From: Octopus sinensis
Lineage: Eukaryota
Assembly (NCBI RefSeq): GCF_006345805.1
Contig: NC_043007.1
Coordinates: 62,744,001 to 62,808,000, forward strand
DNA length: 64,000 bases
Direction of reading: 5' to 3'
Numbering within the stretch: the stretch's first letter is position 1; every line of letters starts with the position of its first letter. Of the stretch, positions 1 through 14,205 are shown piece after piece. The position numbers were made by a program, and so were the translations under genes. The notes under the pieces were generated by a model. That model saw only the letters and a program-made list of their open reading frames with translations. It did not search any database and was not told the origin of the DNA.

Positions 1-358
1 TATGCAAGAATGAAACCTAGACAAAAGAGGTTGTTGTAGCAGTTACTGCATTTATTTTTCACACAGTTTTTTTTTTTTTTCATTTTACATTTAAAATCCA
101 AAACAATTAAATAACACATTTGTATTTTATTGTTTAGATTTTAAATAAATATAATATAGATTTATGAGCTTACTCTACAGCATTTTTTATCGTGTTTTAA
201 ATACCAATAAAAAATTATAGTTCCTCTAAACCTGAATCTTGCTCGTATTCTGATTTTAAATACAAAATAATGATTATTTATGCATTTCCTTTAAAACTTA
301 TCTTCCTTGTGTTGCAATTTTAAATAGGCAAAATGAAAAAGAAAAGAATTAAAATTAT

Positions 359-1030
359 TTGGTATGCAACATAGCAGTGAGACATGGGCTGTGACTACTG
401 AGGACATGTGACAGTTTGAAAGAAATTAAACCAGTATGCTTGTCTGGATGGGTAATGTCAGTGTGTATATACAACAGAGTGGAAGTGATTTGAGAGAAAA
501 ACTGGGTATATAAAGCATCAGATGTAGTGTGCACTAGTACAGTCATATAATGTGCATGAATGAAGACAGATGCATCAAGAAGTGCTGATCTCTAATAGTG
601 GAGGGAACAGGTGGAAGGAGTAGACCCAGTAAGATGTGGAACAAAGTGGTAAGAAAGGATCTTCAGATGTTGGGCCTCACAGAGGAGATGACAGGGAACC
701 AAGGCTCCTGTGCTTTGCTGTGCTTAAGAAAACATGTCAAGCTAAGTGAAATTGAGGTTGTCTTTGCAGTCATGGCCACTTGGCACCTGTGCCAGTGGTA
801 CGTAGATGCACCTCAGTGTCACGCAAATGGTACTTGTACCAGTGGAATGCAAAAGCACCCATTACATTCTTGGAGTGGTTGGTGTTAGGAAGAACATCCA
901 GCCATAGAAAACCATGCCAAATCAGACTGGAGTCTGATGCAGCCTTCCAGTATGCCAGCCCAGTCAAACCGTCCAACCCATGCCATCATGGACAACAGAT
1001 GTTAAATGATGATGATAATGATGGTGATGA
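359..1030 (+). mobile_element. RTE-clade LINE 3' fragment (decayed ORF end, 3' UTR, (GAT)n tail)
   Basis: Translations such as ETWAVTTEDM*QFERN, LREKLGI and VEGTGGRSRPSKMWNKVVRKDLQMLGLTEEM match RTE C-termini. They are followed by the GGTTGG(T/C)GTTAGGAAG...AAACCGTCCAACCCATGCCA...(GAT)n tail that recurs across the window. Confidence 0.75.
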
Positions 1031-1039
1031 CATACTCAT

Positions 1040-2150
1040 ATTATAGTTGAAAAAAAGTCCTGTTGCATTTTTGATATGATTACTTCGAGAGGACTTTTAC
1101 AATACTTACAGTAGAATATGCATTAATTTTAATATTCTAGTGTTCTATTCTTTCTTTGCAGATTACTTTATGTCATAGAATATAAATTTGTATCGATTTT
1201 ACCATTTTGCAATGAGTTTAGATCAGCACTCCATACTGCATGAATTCAAACACTCGATACTGTATGAATCCATATACACCATACTGTATGAATTTAAAAG
1301 AGGCTCTTCAGCAAAAGAAGTGACAAGAAATATATTTTCTGTGTATGGAAATGAAGTTTTTAGTATTCCCACATGCCAATAATGGTTTGTCCAGTTTCAC
1401 TCAAGAAATGTTTCTCTTACAGACTTCCTTCAGTCTGGATGATCAAGTTCTGTCAATATTGAGCTTCTGAAAGTTGAGGAAAATCCAAAACTGAATGAGA
1501 ATTAGCAAAAGTTTAATTCAAGGCACATTTTGATCATAAAGCACCTTCATGAACTAGGAAAAGTGTCTAAACTTGGTCAGTTGTTTCACTCATTATCTAA
1601 CTGCTTCTCAACTTAAAGAGTTTCCCTCTACTCATCATTGAAAAGTAGATTTGCTACTGAACCTTTTCTTAGTAGAGTCATGACAAGTGATAAAGATTGG
1701 GTTCTCTATAACCATATCCAACAAAAATGATAACAGTTAGCACCCTATGAAAAAGGAGAGTCAACACCAAACCAGGGATTCTCAGAGTTTGAAGGAATAT
1801 AAAGGGTGTCATCTATCATGAAGTGTTAAAGCAAAATGAAGCAGTTAATGTGGAGAAGTATTGTTGTCAACTCGAGGCATTGCACAAAACTTTGCAGAAA
1901 AAGCACCTATCATTGGTCAGTCATAATGGGGTGTTGCTTTTACATGATAACGCAAGACCACATATTGTCCAAGTCACTTAAGAAAAGATTATGGCACAAA
2001 AGATGAATGTTTTATCTTACTTTCCTGACTTTGTCCCATCTTTTCAGATCATTGCAACATTATTTAGAGGGAAAACAGTTTATTGTGAAGAGGTTAAAAA
2101 TGATATTGAGTATTTCTTTACTCTGAAACCTGAGAAGAAATATTATCTTA
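1040..2150 (+). mobile_element. mariner (DD34D-type) transposase pseudogene
   Basis: Broken frames give LYEFKRGSSAKEVTRNI, EPFLSRVMTSDKDWVLYN, GVLLLHDNARPH and FRSLQHYLEGK, which are mariner HTH and catalytic motifs. Many stops and frameshifts; ends approximate. Confidence 0.85.
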
Positions 2151-2234
2151 ATTAACTTTATCAATTAAGACCAAAGAAGCATTTGTTCTTTTCTCATCTT
2201 GAAATGCAATGAGACTTAGTAAAACTAATTCTTT

Positions 2235-2581
2235 TATTCTTTTACTTGTTTCATTCATTAGACTGTGGCCAAGCTGGGGCTCTACCTTGGAGAAGTTTTA
2301 GTCAAATGAACTGACCCCAATACTTATTCTATCGGTCTCTTTTTGCTGAACAGTTAAGGTATGTGGACATAAACACACCAACACCGGTTGTCAAGTGATG
2401 GTGGGGGACAAACACAAATACAAAGCCACACACACACACATACACACACACACACATATAAATATACTTTGATGGGTTTCTTTCAGTTTTCATCAACCAA
2501 ATCCACTCACAAGGCCCTGGTCAGCCTGAGGCTATAGTGGAAGACACTTACCCAAGGGGCCACACAGTGGAAGTGAATCCT
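2235..2581 (-). mobile_element. tRNA-derived SINE family 1 (further copies ~8580-8985 -, 15610-16010 +, 20990-21525 +, 27670-28090 -, 34330-34790 +, 38620-38780 -, 50740-51265 -, 53760-53915 -, 59455-59855 -)
   Basis: Recurrent head GTGGCTGTGTGGTAAGAAGCTTGCTTCCCAACCACATGGTTCCGGGTTCAGTCCC (A/B-box-like), central (TG)n, and tail ...CCAGCATGGCCGCAGTCTAATGACTGAAACAAGTAAAA. Copies were compared by eye. Confidence 0.8.
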
Positions 2582-2797
2582 AGTTTTGGATATATAAATA
2601 TGACGCACAATGTAAGAGTGCACCTTAAAACAAGTCTGGGTGAAATGCCACTCTAATGTCTAAAAGTGCAAACATTATGTAAATTTTCACTTCGAAATTT
2701 TGCATAAACTGGCATTGCAATGAGAGTTGGTACAGAAACAATTGTAATGAATATCATTAAAGATGTGTTAAAGAAATTCTTTGACTTATCATTATTT

Positions 2798-2836
<39 letters not shown>

Positions 2837-3309
2837 CAAAACGGGACAAGAACGCAAAACAGTTAGGTGGTACAAAAAAGGGACAAAAAACATCCAGATA
2901 GACAATACAAAGAAAACAAGGACGGGTCATATATATATTGTTTCATCATCTTTTGCACAGTAACTACAAACTGGATGTGTCTTTTCACCTCCAACAATAG
3001 AGAAAAGTCTCCATATTTCATTCCATATCTTCCATCTCTGAAGAGTACTGGGTTACATAACCAGGCTGTTATCAAATGCTCTGTTGAATACCTAGTATGT
3101 AACTGATTAGTACAATTGGCCATAATGAACATATAATATTGTAAACTTTGATTAATATATATATATAATCATCATCATCATTTAACATCTGTTTTACTTG
3201 CTGGCATGGGTTGGATGGTTTGTATGTATGTATGTACACATACATACATACATACATACATACATACATACATACATACATACATACATACATACATACA
3301 TACATACAA

Positions 3310-3782
3310 ACAAAAATACTGTGTTGTTGATGTTGAAATTCCAATGAAGGAGCCTTGGATCAAGGTTAGAAACTGGTTCTTTATCTATTGGCAAGAAATC
3401 TTGAAATTAACTGAATAATGACACGCATAGAACATAAAAAATTGATGCAGAAACCTTCGCTATAGTAGTAGGCAAGCTGCAGAATGGGAAGGCACCTGGA
3501 AGGGACCTAATAGTTGGATATTGGAACAAGAAGCTGATATTTTATAGAAACCTGTTGATGTGTATGTTCAAAAGGACTATGGAAAGTCAGACTGATATGC
3601 CAAATTGTCTTGCTACAGCAAGGACAAATCTTGTTGCCAAAAATGAAATCACTGAGATGGCAGGAAACTACAGGCTCATTGCTTGCCTAAACATTATGTA
3701 CAAACTGTACACAAGTTGCCTCAAGCAATTCCTCCAGGACCATTGTGTGTCGAACAACATTGTGACTAATAATAATAATAAC

Positions 3783-3828
<46 letters not shown>

Positions 3829-6140
3829 TAATAATAATAATTGTGTACAGTGCCCAGGTGCACTACAACTCATCTAAAGTGTATATATAATCAGGTGTAG
3901 TTTCGGCGGATTTCGGAAAGCATGAGGGCCTTAAAGGATGCAGTGTCATGGCAGTCAACAACTGACGCAGGCAGTTTATTCTATGCTTCAGCAACTCTGA
4001 GCGTGAAAAAATGTTTCCGAAAGTCATGGGAGCTGTGTTGTTTTCTGACTTTGTAGGCATGTCCACGTGTGTTAGACACATGGAGATCAAAAAGGTGTTC
4101 AGTGTTGTTGTTGGTGAGGTGGTTGATAACTTTGTGGGTGTTTACCAAGTCCGTCGCCAGACGCCGGAGTGGAAAGAAGGGAGTGTGGGGATGTTCCAAA
4201 CAACTTTTAATAAACAAAGCTGCATTGTCGGAAGTAAGAAAGTAGCATAGAAACCTCAATACAGTATGGCTTGACTATAAGAAGGCATTTGAATCTATCC
4301 TTCATTCATGGCTGTCGAAGTGCCTACATCTGGCAAAAGTACCTACCACTCTAATTGCTGCTATAGAGAGATTCACAAAGACATGGACAACGATTCTCAC
4401 CCTTCCAACTGAGAACAGAATAATTGTTTCAGATACTATAGGCATTTCAAAGGGAATATTCCAGGGAGATAGTCTTTCTGTACTTCTTTTCATTTTGGCA
4501 CTGAATCCATTATCGTTCCTACTGCAGAAAACAAATGATTACATGCTAGGATATTCAACTGCTAGAAATATCAACGTAACTCATAATTTCTTTGTAGATG
4601 ACCTCAAGATTTATGCTAAAAGTGTAAACAATGTCAAAAAACAACTGGAATTAATAACAACATTTTCAGCCAAAAGAAATATTCAATTTTGGTTATAGAA
4701 CAAGGAAAGTCAGTCCCCCAAATCCCAAACTTCTACATCAGTGGTCTCTCTATCTCCCTCATTTCACATAAACAATGTTACAAGTACCTAGGCATAGGAG
4801 AAAATGCATCATATGAAGGAACTGCGAATAAAGATTGAGTGACCCAAGAATATTACACCAGACTTAGGAAAATATGGCAGTTGGAACTCTCCCCTTACAA
4901 CAAAACAATATCCCTCAATGAATTTGCAATACAGTACCAGTGCTGATCCCAACATTTAGGATATTTGATTGGTCTGTAGAGGAAATCCACTCCATAGATA
5001 TCAAAACCCGCAAAATCCTGACAAAAACTGGGAACTTCCACAGAAACAGTGATGTTGACAGGCTCTACCTAAAAAGAAATGAAGGTGGTAGAGGCCTGAG
5101 ATCAGTGCAGACGGCCTTTGAATGCTGTATGGTATCACTCAGGCAGCACCTACTAAACAACAGCAGCAAAAATAAATATAGAAATGCATTGCTGAAAAGT
5201 GAAGTCAGCAACATTGTACGAGTTGGCAGTGGGCTATCTTACTTTAGAGAAGACCTGGATAGAAAGCATTCAGCATACATAAAAAAAGACTATGCAGGGT
5301 ATGTTTCCTGGAAGCTTCAAGAAGACAGTAGAATTGCCATGAAGCGCAGCCTCTCTTGGACACAAGACCACTATATCACGTCACACTTTGAAAGTTATCC
5401 ATTTGCAATCCAGATTGCCACAAAGTACCTAGTGAACAAGAGAGACAGTGATCCTCTTGTAATCCCAAGGTGCAGCCACATGTGTAGGTTATGTCATGTT
5501 TCTGTGGACGACATCACGCATATGATTAGCAGCTCTCCTAAAATGCCATCATGGTACTACCTTCCTATGTGGCACAATGTTGTTGCTAAAACAATTTACA
5601 AACCCATCTGCAAAAAAGACTGTTCTGAAATAAACTTATAAAATCCTTCTGTTATGGAATACATTCATAAAAAACCAATTCAATGAATACTGGTAGAATA
5701 TTCCCATCAAAACTTCCATCAAATATAAACATCTCAGGCCAGATATTGTTGTTTGGGACAGAGGGGCAAAGGTGTGTTCTATCATAGAGGTCAGCTACCC
5801 TGCAGATATAAATATCTCTTTGAAAATCAAAGAAAAGAGGAGGATATCTATGGAGAACTGCTTCAAAACCTCCAGCTTCTATGTCCAGACTATGAATTCA
5901 TATTCATACCAATAATTACTGGAGCCCTACGTTTTGCTAGTAAGTGCTTCAAGGAGAATCTGGATAAACGGGGATTTTCAGAAAGAGAAATTGACTGGCT
6001 AATTCGTACACTACAAGTGCAATATGTGAGTGGAACAGTAAAAATGTGCAAGACTTTTCTCAAGTTCCAAATGTGAAGTCTTGTATCTTTGTGGGAAACC
6101 AGCTCCCTCCTCAGTGGAAGATTTATAATAATTAAAAAAT
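3310..6140 (+). mobile_element. R4/Dong-like RLE non-LTR retrotransposon, decayed, interrupted by a CR1 fragment
   Basis: KAPGRDLIVGYWNKKL; GKKGVWGCSKQLLINK; WLDYKKAF; GIFQGDSLS; HNFFVDDLKIYAK (RT); CRLCHVSVDDITHMISS (CCHC-type finger); RPDIV...IIEVSYPAD (PD-(D/E)XK endonuclease); IPIITGAL. Stops and frameshifts present. Confidence 0.85.
3768..4168 (-). mobile_element. CR1-clade LINE 3' fragment with (ATT)n tail, nested in the R4/Dong-like element
   Basis: The minus frame gives RLATDLVNTHKVINHLT...SNTRGHAYKVRKQHSSHDFRKHFFTLRVAEA, the CR1 C-terminal TRGH/FF..RV motif. The host RT frame NNIVT | GKKGVWG resumes on either side. Confidence 0.8.
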
Positions 6141-6165
6141 AGAAGAGACATACACACACATGCAC

Positions 6166-6210
<45 letters not shown>

Positions 6211-6349
6211 CATGCATGCACGCACGCACACACACACATATATGTATATATATACACACAAACATTTGATCACTATAAATAAATCATCTGTGTGGTTGTT
6301 CGGTAAGAAATTGTCAAAACCTCATACATCATCTAATGACGAGGGAGTC

Positions 6350-6405
<56 letters not shown>

Positions 6406-6949
6406 TTATGTGTGTGTGTGTGTGTGTGTCTGTGTGTGTGTGTGTGTGTATACATATATAAGTAACAACTGCATCTTGAGCAAAGCCACAACAAAGCAAA
6501 TAAATTGATGGAAGTCAGTAATATCGCCAGTTAAAATTTAAATATAATTTTGTAAATTCCCAAAATAACATGTTATTTAAGCCTTTCCACCTCTGCTCCA
6601 CCCTAAAACATAGCAACAATAATGAAATATACATTAACAAGGAGTGAAAGGAACAGTTGTAATTTTAATAAAGTTCTAGAATTTCAGTAATTGCCATTTA
6701 TACATATAGAATCAATACATTTGATCGGTGGGGGTGGAATTAACAACATATATGAAGCATTAAACGTGGGCAGCAAATATGTGATACTCTGATGTACTCT
6801 TTGATCCATCATCATCACGTCATCATAATCATTATTATCTAATTATCTTTATTATTATCATCATCTATGTTGTTACTGTTGTTGTTGTTGTTGTTGTTGG
6901 CAATGCTGTTAATGTCTTTATTACCGTCGTCATAATCATCTGGGTCTTA

Positions 6950-7260
6950 GTGGTTGTGACTGTCTTCAAACGCCTACATCCTCATCATCATCATCCACTG
7001 GCTCATCAACATCATCATCATCATCACCACTGCCATCATCCTCATCATCATTATCATCATCACCATCATCATCACCTCCATCACCATCATCATACTCTTT
7101 CACTTCCAACTCTACCTTCTCCACCTCCTCATCATCAGCATCATCATCATCTTCCACCATCATCTTTCACCATCATTATCTTTCACCATCATCATTCATC
7201 ATTATTGTCGTCGTCGTCGTCATCATCATCATTATCATCATCATCATTGTTTATTATCAA
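6950..7260. repeat. degenerate (CAT/CAC/TCG)n trinucleotide tract
   Basis: Directly visible; the His-rich and Asp-rich ORFs here are repeat artefacts. Confidence 0.9.
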
Positions 7261-8273
7261 CAGCAGTGACAAGTGCCTCATTGCATTGCTACATGTCTGG
7301 GTTAGATAGAACTGCAACACAATGTATTTACCTGCCCCAATCATAGTTACCATGGAACATTCAGCTCATTGATATTGCCAGAATGAATACTAAGTAAATG
7401 ACAAGGACTTCATTAGTTTACTGTCATTCTAAATTCTCTGCATTTACTGCTCATATTTCACTATCATCCATAGCGTCACATGTCTGCATTCTTACAGTAC
7501 CAGTGGGTACCTATGGAAAATCCAGTGGTGATAAGAATTCAATTTTTTTATAGCACCCAGGCCACTTTGTAAACTAATTAGCATTAGGAAGGACATCCAG
7601 CCATAAAAACGATGCCAAAACAGACCTCCCTGGTGCTGGTGCCACATAAAAAAAAAGTACTTAGTACACTCTGTGGGGTGGTTGGTGTTAGGAAGGGTAT
7701 CTAGGTGTAAAAACAGTGCCAAAACAGTCAGTGAAGCCTGGTGCAGTCTTCTGGCTAACCAGCTCCTACCAAAGCGTTCAACCCATGCCAACATACAAAA
7801 CAAATATTAAATGATGATGATGATGATGATGACGACGATGATGATGACGATGATGATGACGACGACGATGATGACGATGAAGATGAGTTAACTACTTGTG
7901 GCAGACTGTATTGCAAGAGAATAACTGAATAAAATACAGGTTCCTCTTTATTTTTTTGATACATAATAAAATATAACTCACTAGTTGTCACTGTAGTGCA
8001 ATCAGTCAGTGAGCACATTTGGCAGTTAACAGAAAGGTTCAGAGTTCAAGCCTGCCTAAGGATGGTTTACTTCTTTAAATATAAATTTTGACTATTGAAA
8101 AGATCCTGGGTCCATAAACATCTACATATATATTATGTCAATATCAGTATCTCTGCTTCCACATTGACCCTACACTAATATTATTGTGGCAGTTTCTATT
8201 TTAGTGGGGCACCCCAGGATGGCCACAGCCTCTGACTGAAACCAATAATAGAATAATAACAGAATAGTGCTGG

Positions 8274-8492
8274 CAGAATCGTTAGCACGGTGGGCGAAAT
8301 GCTTAGCAGTATTTCGTCTACTGCTATGTTCTGAGTTCAAATTCCACCGAGGTCAACTTAGCCTTTCATCCTTTCAGCATCAATTAAATAAGTACCAGTT
8401 ACACACGGGGGTTCAATGTGATCGACTTAATCCTTTTGTCTGTCCTTGTTTGTCTCCTCTATGTTTAGCCCCTTGTGGGCAATAAAGAAATA
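8274..8492 (+). mobile_element. tRNA-derived SINE family 2, variant with a Tx1-like 3' tail, flanked by a 13-bp TSD
   Basis: Head CAGAATCGTTAGCAC..., B-box-like GAGTTCAAATTCC, and end GCCCCTTGTGGGCAATAAAGAAATA. Direct repeat AGAATAGTGCTGG at 8261-8273 and 8493-8505. Confidence 0.8.
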
Positions 8493-10829
8493 AGAATAGT
8501 GCTGGGACCATAACAAAAGGCACCCAGTACTCTCTTACTGAGCAGGGCCTGCAAGAGAAAAATTTCCAAAGTGAAATTGGTCAAAGCATTGTTGGTGTAT
8601 ACAGCCATGCTGGAGTACCACCTCAAAGAATTTTTTTGTCAAATTAATTGACTACAGTACATTTTTTTTTTTGAGCCTGGTACTTATTCTATTCGTCTCT
8701 TTTGCCAGACTATTAAGTTACAGGAATGTAAACACACCAACACTGTTTGTCAAGTGGTGGTGGAGGACAAACACAGACACAAGAACACACACATAGATAT
8801 ATACATGTATATACATATACAATAGTTTTTTTTTTCATTTTCCTTCTACCAAATCCACTCACAATGATTTGGTTGGCCTGAAGCTATAGTAGAAGACATC
8901 TGCCCAAAGTGCAATGTAGTGGGACTAAACCTGGAACCATGTGGTTAGAAAGCAAACTTCTTACCACACAGCTACACCTGTGCTTATATGACTATTTCTT
9001 ATCACTTTATATGCTGAAGAGCTACTTTTGAATTCATACAGTATGCAATATTTGATATGAATCTCATCTAAACTCATTTTAAAAGGGTAGAATTGATATG
9101 AATTTAACTCTTATGGTAAATTGTAATCTACAAAGAATGAGAAAAAAAAAAGCATCAGAATGTAAACTGATGCAAATTTTACTGGAAATATTGTAAAAGT
9201 ATCCTCAAAAAAAATCATATGAAAAATGTGACAGCTCTTTCTTTCTGACCTAATATAAAAAAAACTGGCATTCCATCAGTTATGATAACAAGGGTTCCAG
9301 TTGATTTGATCAGTGGAACAGCCTGCTTGTGGAATTCCCATGTAAGTGGCTGAGCACCTAACAGACATGTGTACCCTTAACATAGGTCACTAAGAGTGAC
9401 AAGGCTGGCCCCTTTAAAATACAGGTACAACTCGTTTTTGCCAGCTGAGTGAACTGGAGCAATTTGAAATAAAGTGTCTTGCTTAAGGACACAATGTGTC
9501 ACTGAGAATCTAACCCATGACCTTACTGAGCTGAATACCCTAACCAACAAGTCACATGCCTTCACTACTATAACCTAATATAACCATGTTTGGAAACAAG
9601 CAAAGTTTGGCAATAAGAAGGGTGTCCAGCCATAGAAAATCTACTTCAACAAATTTTGTCTGACCTTGGCAAGCCTAGAAAAGTGAACATTAACAGTACA
9701 ATTAAATTAAATACTTTGATTAATAAGATCGAATAAAAGAAAAACAATAACTTGTTTTTGGTGCTCCAGCATAGCCACACTCAACTGACTAGAAATACTA
9801 AAAGTATAAAAGTATAAGATAAGTTCAAACCTTATTTTTAAAGTCATTTCATTTCCTTTAAATCAATGATACTTCTTAGAGAAGAAAAAAATGAGAATAT
9901 AAAAGGCATGAACATCACATAATCCAATTTTCCCTCCATTTAAGAATGTAGGGCACTGTACCAATCTAAAAACACAAACATCCATATATTTGACCTCTTT
10001 TAAAGGAAAGAAAAGGTCCCATTGAAGATATTGAAGAATAAGCCATCTCTCTCTCTCTCTCTCCCTACGAACACATTTATATTTAGGTATATGTGTGCAT
10101 GTGTGAATGTACATGAGTGTGCATGCATGTGTGTCACTTAATTTCAAGGAGGAATGCTGCGATATAATCTCAGTAAGGAAAAAATGAGAACAAATAGGAG
10201 CAACGTTGATATTGACTGGTGTCATCTGCTTTTCTTTTCTTTTATTTTATGTATTATTATTATTATTTTTTTTATACTTGTGTATTTATAAGTTTGCTGT
10301 TTCATTCGAAGAATATCAAATATCGTTAACACCATCACCATAATCAATCTAATTGCCATTGCTGCTGCTACTGCTACAGCTGCTAGTACAACTGTCACTC
10401 CCTATCACCATTATTACTACCACCACCACCACCAACAGCAACAGCAACAACAACAACGTCACCACCACCACCACCACCACCACCACCACCACAACTACTG
10501 CCACTGCTACCACCATCACCACCACTGCCATCATCACCACTACCAGCATCTCTGCCACCAGCTACGTCATCATCAATATAAAGAAAATGGTCGATGAGTA
10601 GATCTGATCTAAACTATTGATTTTATATGCATCATTGACCAGTGGAGGTGGGAGGGAAAGTCATTGAAGCCTGGAATATGAACCACACACAAATGTCTGA
10701 CTGATTGGCTTTGATTTTCCTGTGATAGTGAGAGTGAGAGGAAAAACAGTCACAAAAGTAATAACAACATTTACAACAAAACAAGCAGCAGTATTAGTAG
10801 CAACAGCATGAAACCAAGCTTGAAGACAT

Positions 10830-12010
10830 TTCTACATGCTCACTCAACCTGTTAGAAATAGCAGCCATGTCTCTCAAATCACAGCCTATAATCTTAAGAA
10901 AAGGACAAGTTGGATAATAATATCCTGGATCTATTACATGGAGGAAAATAATTGGAATGACTTTGATTGTAGGTTTTCTTAATGAGAGTTAACCTGGAGC
11001 AAAACAACAACAGCTTTTGACAACAATTATGACAACATTTATGGTATTAGTAAAAATGAGAAAAAAACAGTTGTAGTAAAAAAAATAGTAGTAAAAATAG
11101 TGTAGTAAAAAGATTAACAGCTGCAAGGCTTTTATTTGTTTACATGTTCCTCTAGAAATTGCTGCCAAATATACCTCAAATCACAACCTACCATCTTAAA
11201 CGAGAAAGAATATGTTGTTTAATATAGAATAAGACACTTCTTTAACAAAAGAATTGCAATAATTTTGATCATAATTTACTCAAAGTCAATATGGGATTAC
11301 AACTGCAAAAACGACTGCCTGACTATAAGGTTCTGTCTTTAGGTCAGCATTGGATTATAGCAAACAATTGTAAATGCCAGGAGGTGGAAGAGTATTTAGT
11401 TCACAGTCGCAAACAACAAGAATATAACATGATTGATGAGTATTTCATTGTTTTGTCTTACAGAACTAAGCTCAAATTTTTACACATGGCACACACGAAC
11501 AACCTCACTGAAAGGAGAAATTGTTGTTAAGAATGGAATAATCAAACAAGCAAAAATAGCTGAAACAACAATGTGGCAGTATTCCTTAACATCTATGTGT
11601 CAAGAAGAAGGATAAACTCTTTAAAAAGGAGCCAATCAAACAATATTGAAATATTGGAATCAGCTGTAGCCTTATGCTGTATTATATAAAGCTAAGCTTC
11701 TGCTCTGCTACATAATTGTATGCACTATATTTCTACACACTGCACAAAAGTACACTACATCTACATTAAAAATAGAAGTAAAAATAACTGAGCCAATGAG
11801 AAAGCCTGTATATAGTTATGGTCATTTAATTTGTTAGAAATAGCACTTAAATCCCCCTCAAATGTCACCCTGCCATCTTAAAAAGAGAGGAATACATCAG
11901 AAGATAAAGTCATAAATGAAGCAATGCTGGAGAAAAGGATGAAGTGATCATGGCTGAGATGTCAGAGATCAAAAATCTGCTCAGTTAGAGTTGATCTATG
12001 TTTGAATAAT
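10830..12010 (+). repeat. three diverged copies of a further SINE-like family (~10830-11010, 11140-11240, 11830-12010)
   Basis: The shared motif GTTAGAAATAGCAGCC...CTCAAATCACA(G/A)CCTA...ATCTTAA is repeated three times; a related piece lies at ~32640-32690 (-). Confidence 0.6.
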
Positions 12011-13059
12011 GCTATTTAAAAAAAATAAGAAAGAAATAAACAAAGGCCATCATGTATGAGATGTTACTTGAAGTAATATGGAGAACAAAACTTGAACTCC
12101 AGCAATATAATATATCTGATTTGTTTAGGTTAAGATATGTGCTATAAAGAGAAAGTACAATTAATTTCTGTAAGCTCTGGAGTAACTATAATTAGCAAAT
12201 GTTTTATTGGCATGTAGTGCTGTACTGCAAAGAGGCAAAGTAACAGAGCTATTAAAGCATTGGATAGAATACTCCTTGGTATATGTTTCAAAAACCAGTT
12301 CTGGATGCCCTTCTTCCTCTAAGTTTCTTCAAACAACCTGCCTACAAAATCTTTGACTAGAATTCTCCAAAACAATACCAAAATGATGGTGTTGACTTGA
12401 CAGTTAATCTAAAGTTAAAAGTTCAACAGAAACTAACATTTCAAATATATCATAAATGTTGAACAGTGAGCTCAGGGGTTTTCCACTCCAAGCTTTTGTT
12501 CAGCTATATCTCTATACTATGATCTGGATCATATCACATCATAAGCAATAACAACAATAAGAGTAGTAACAACTCTACTGTTCTCTTGTGTTATCTCATG
12601 GCATGGGGTGCAAATGGTAATGCTACAGGGTGAAAATAGCATGCCTTTCTAACCATCCTGGCAAATTAGCTGTAATAGGTTGGTGTAGTTCATTAACATA
12701 GGTGGCAGAAGCAAGTGTTTTGTGGGCTTATAAGTGTGCTGAGTTCAAATTACTACATGAGAAAAACCCACACAATGAGGAAGAAAGGTTGCAGCAACTA
12801 TTACAATTATAGCAACAATAGCAGCAACAACAACAGCAGCAGCAGCAGCAGCAGCAACAACAACGACAACAACAGAAGCAGTAATAATATCAAGATCCTT
12901 GTCTGAGATCAATAACATATACAACAGTATAACGGGCCAGTGCAATCAACCATTTCCCTCTTTTACAGATATTGATCTCATGCCTGATTAGGTCATGGAG
13001 TGGCAGAAACAAGAGAGTTCCATACCGAATGGATTTCAATATTTAGTTCTATTAAAGCG

Positions 13060-13280
13060 GTGAACTGATAGAATCACGAGCATGTCGGACAAAATGCTTA
13101 GAGGTATTAGTGGTATTTCTTCTGATTCTTTAGATTCTGAGTTCAAATACCATCAAGGTCAGTTTTGCTTTTCATCCTTTCAAGATTGATAAAATAGGTA
13201 CCTGTCAAATATTGGGGTCAATGTAACTGACTTATCTTATGCCCCAAAATTGTTGGCCTTATGACTAAATTAGAAACCAA
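13060..13280 (+). mobile_element. SINE family 2, standard tail (further copies ~18830-18960 -, 20740-20945 -, 46025-46190 -, 47690-47910 +, 51330-51535 -, 53215-53410 +, 60400-61390 - several, 61755-61950 +)
   Basis: Recurrent TTCTGAGTTCAAAT...GGTCGACTTTGCCTTTCATCCTTTC...AAATAAGTACC...GGGGTC(A/G)ATGTAATC core. Confidence 0.75.
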
Positions 13281-13519
13281 TGTTTAGTTCTCTCTCTATA
13301 ACTGGCCAAATGATTAAGGTGTTCATTATGAAATCATGAGGTCCTAGATAAGATCCTACTGTGTGGCATTTGGAGTTGCATCTTTTATATCATGGGTTCA
13401 GGTCAACTCAACCTTTGTGTTTGAAATTGGGTAGACAGGAAGTGTTTAGAAGCCAGTCAAATGGATTATACCTGGATCTTAAAGGCCCAACATCAATACA
13501 TTGTTACAATGATTCCTCC

Positions 13520-14040
13520 TGCTCTTTTTCCTCTTCCTCCTCCTCCTTAACTTCCTCATTATCGTCACTCTCATTGTCATCATCATTGGCATCACCATCA
13601 CCACCACCAACCACCCTCCTCCTCCATCATCTTCAACTTCTTCCTCCTTCAACTCATCATGCTCATCCTCTTCCTCATCTTCATCCTCTTTATTCTCAAC
13701 TTCATCTGTCTCATCCTCCTCTTCCCCATCCTCCTTCCTCCTCCTCTTTTCCTTCTCCTCATCTTCCTCCATCTTCTCTTTCATCTCCTCCTCCCCTCCC
13801 CTCCCACTCTTCCTTCTCATCCCTTCCTCCTCATCCCCATCCACCTCATCCTCATCCTCATCCTCCCCATTCTCAGCATCATCTTCCTCAGCATTATCAC
13901 CACCATTGGCATCATCATCACCACCATCATCTCCACCAGCACCAATACCACTACCACCACAGAGACACACAGAGATACACAGAGACACACAGACACACAA
14001 ACACACATGCACACACACACACACACACACACACATACAT
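13520..14040. repeat. degenerate (TCC/TCA/CAC)n tract followed by (CA)n
   Basis: Directly visible; explains the 227, 185 and 133 aa low-complexity ORFs. Confidence 0.9.
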
Positions 14041-14205
14041 ATGAATGGGAGGAATTATGATGTAAGCATGTGCTAAAACCCCTCATAACTTTTGTGTTTT
14101 TACGAATTTTTACAAAATGTTTTTGATTCTGTTTTCTGCATAATGGAATTGATATGATTATGCAAAAAAAAAAATCTCTCACCTCCACCCATTTTTTAAA
14201 ATTTG

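Noticed and set aside
11463-11615. Plus-strand exon-like ORF end (…KGEIVVKNGIIKQAKI…*) after a good acceptor
   Set aside because: No linked upstream exons and no recognisable homology.
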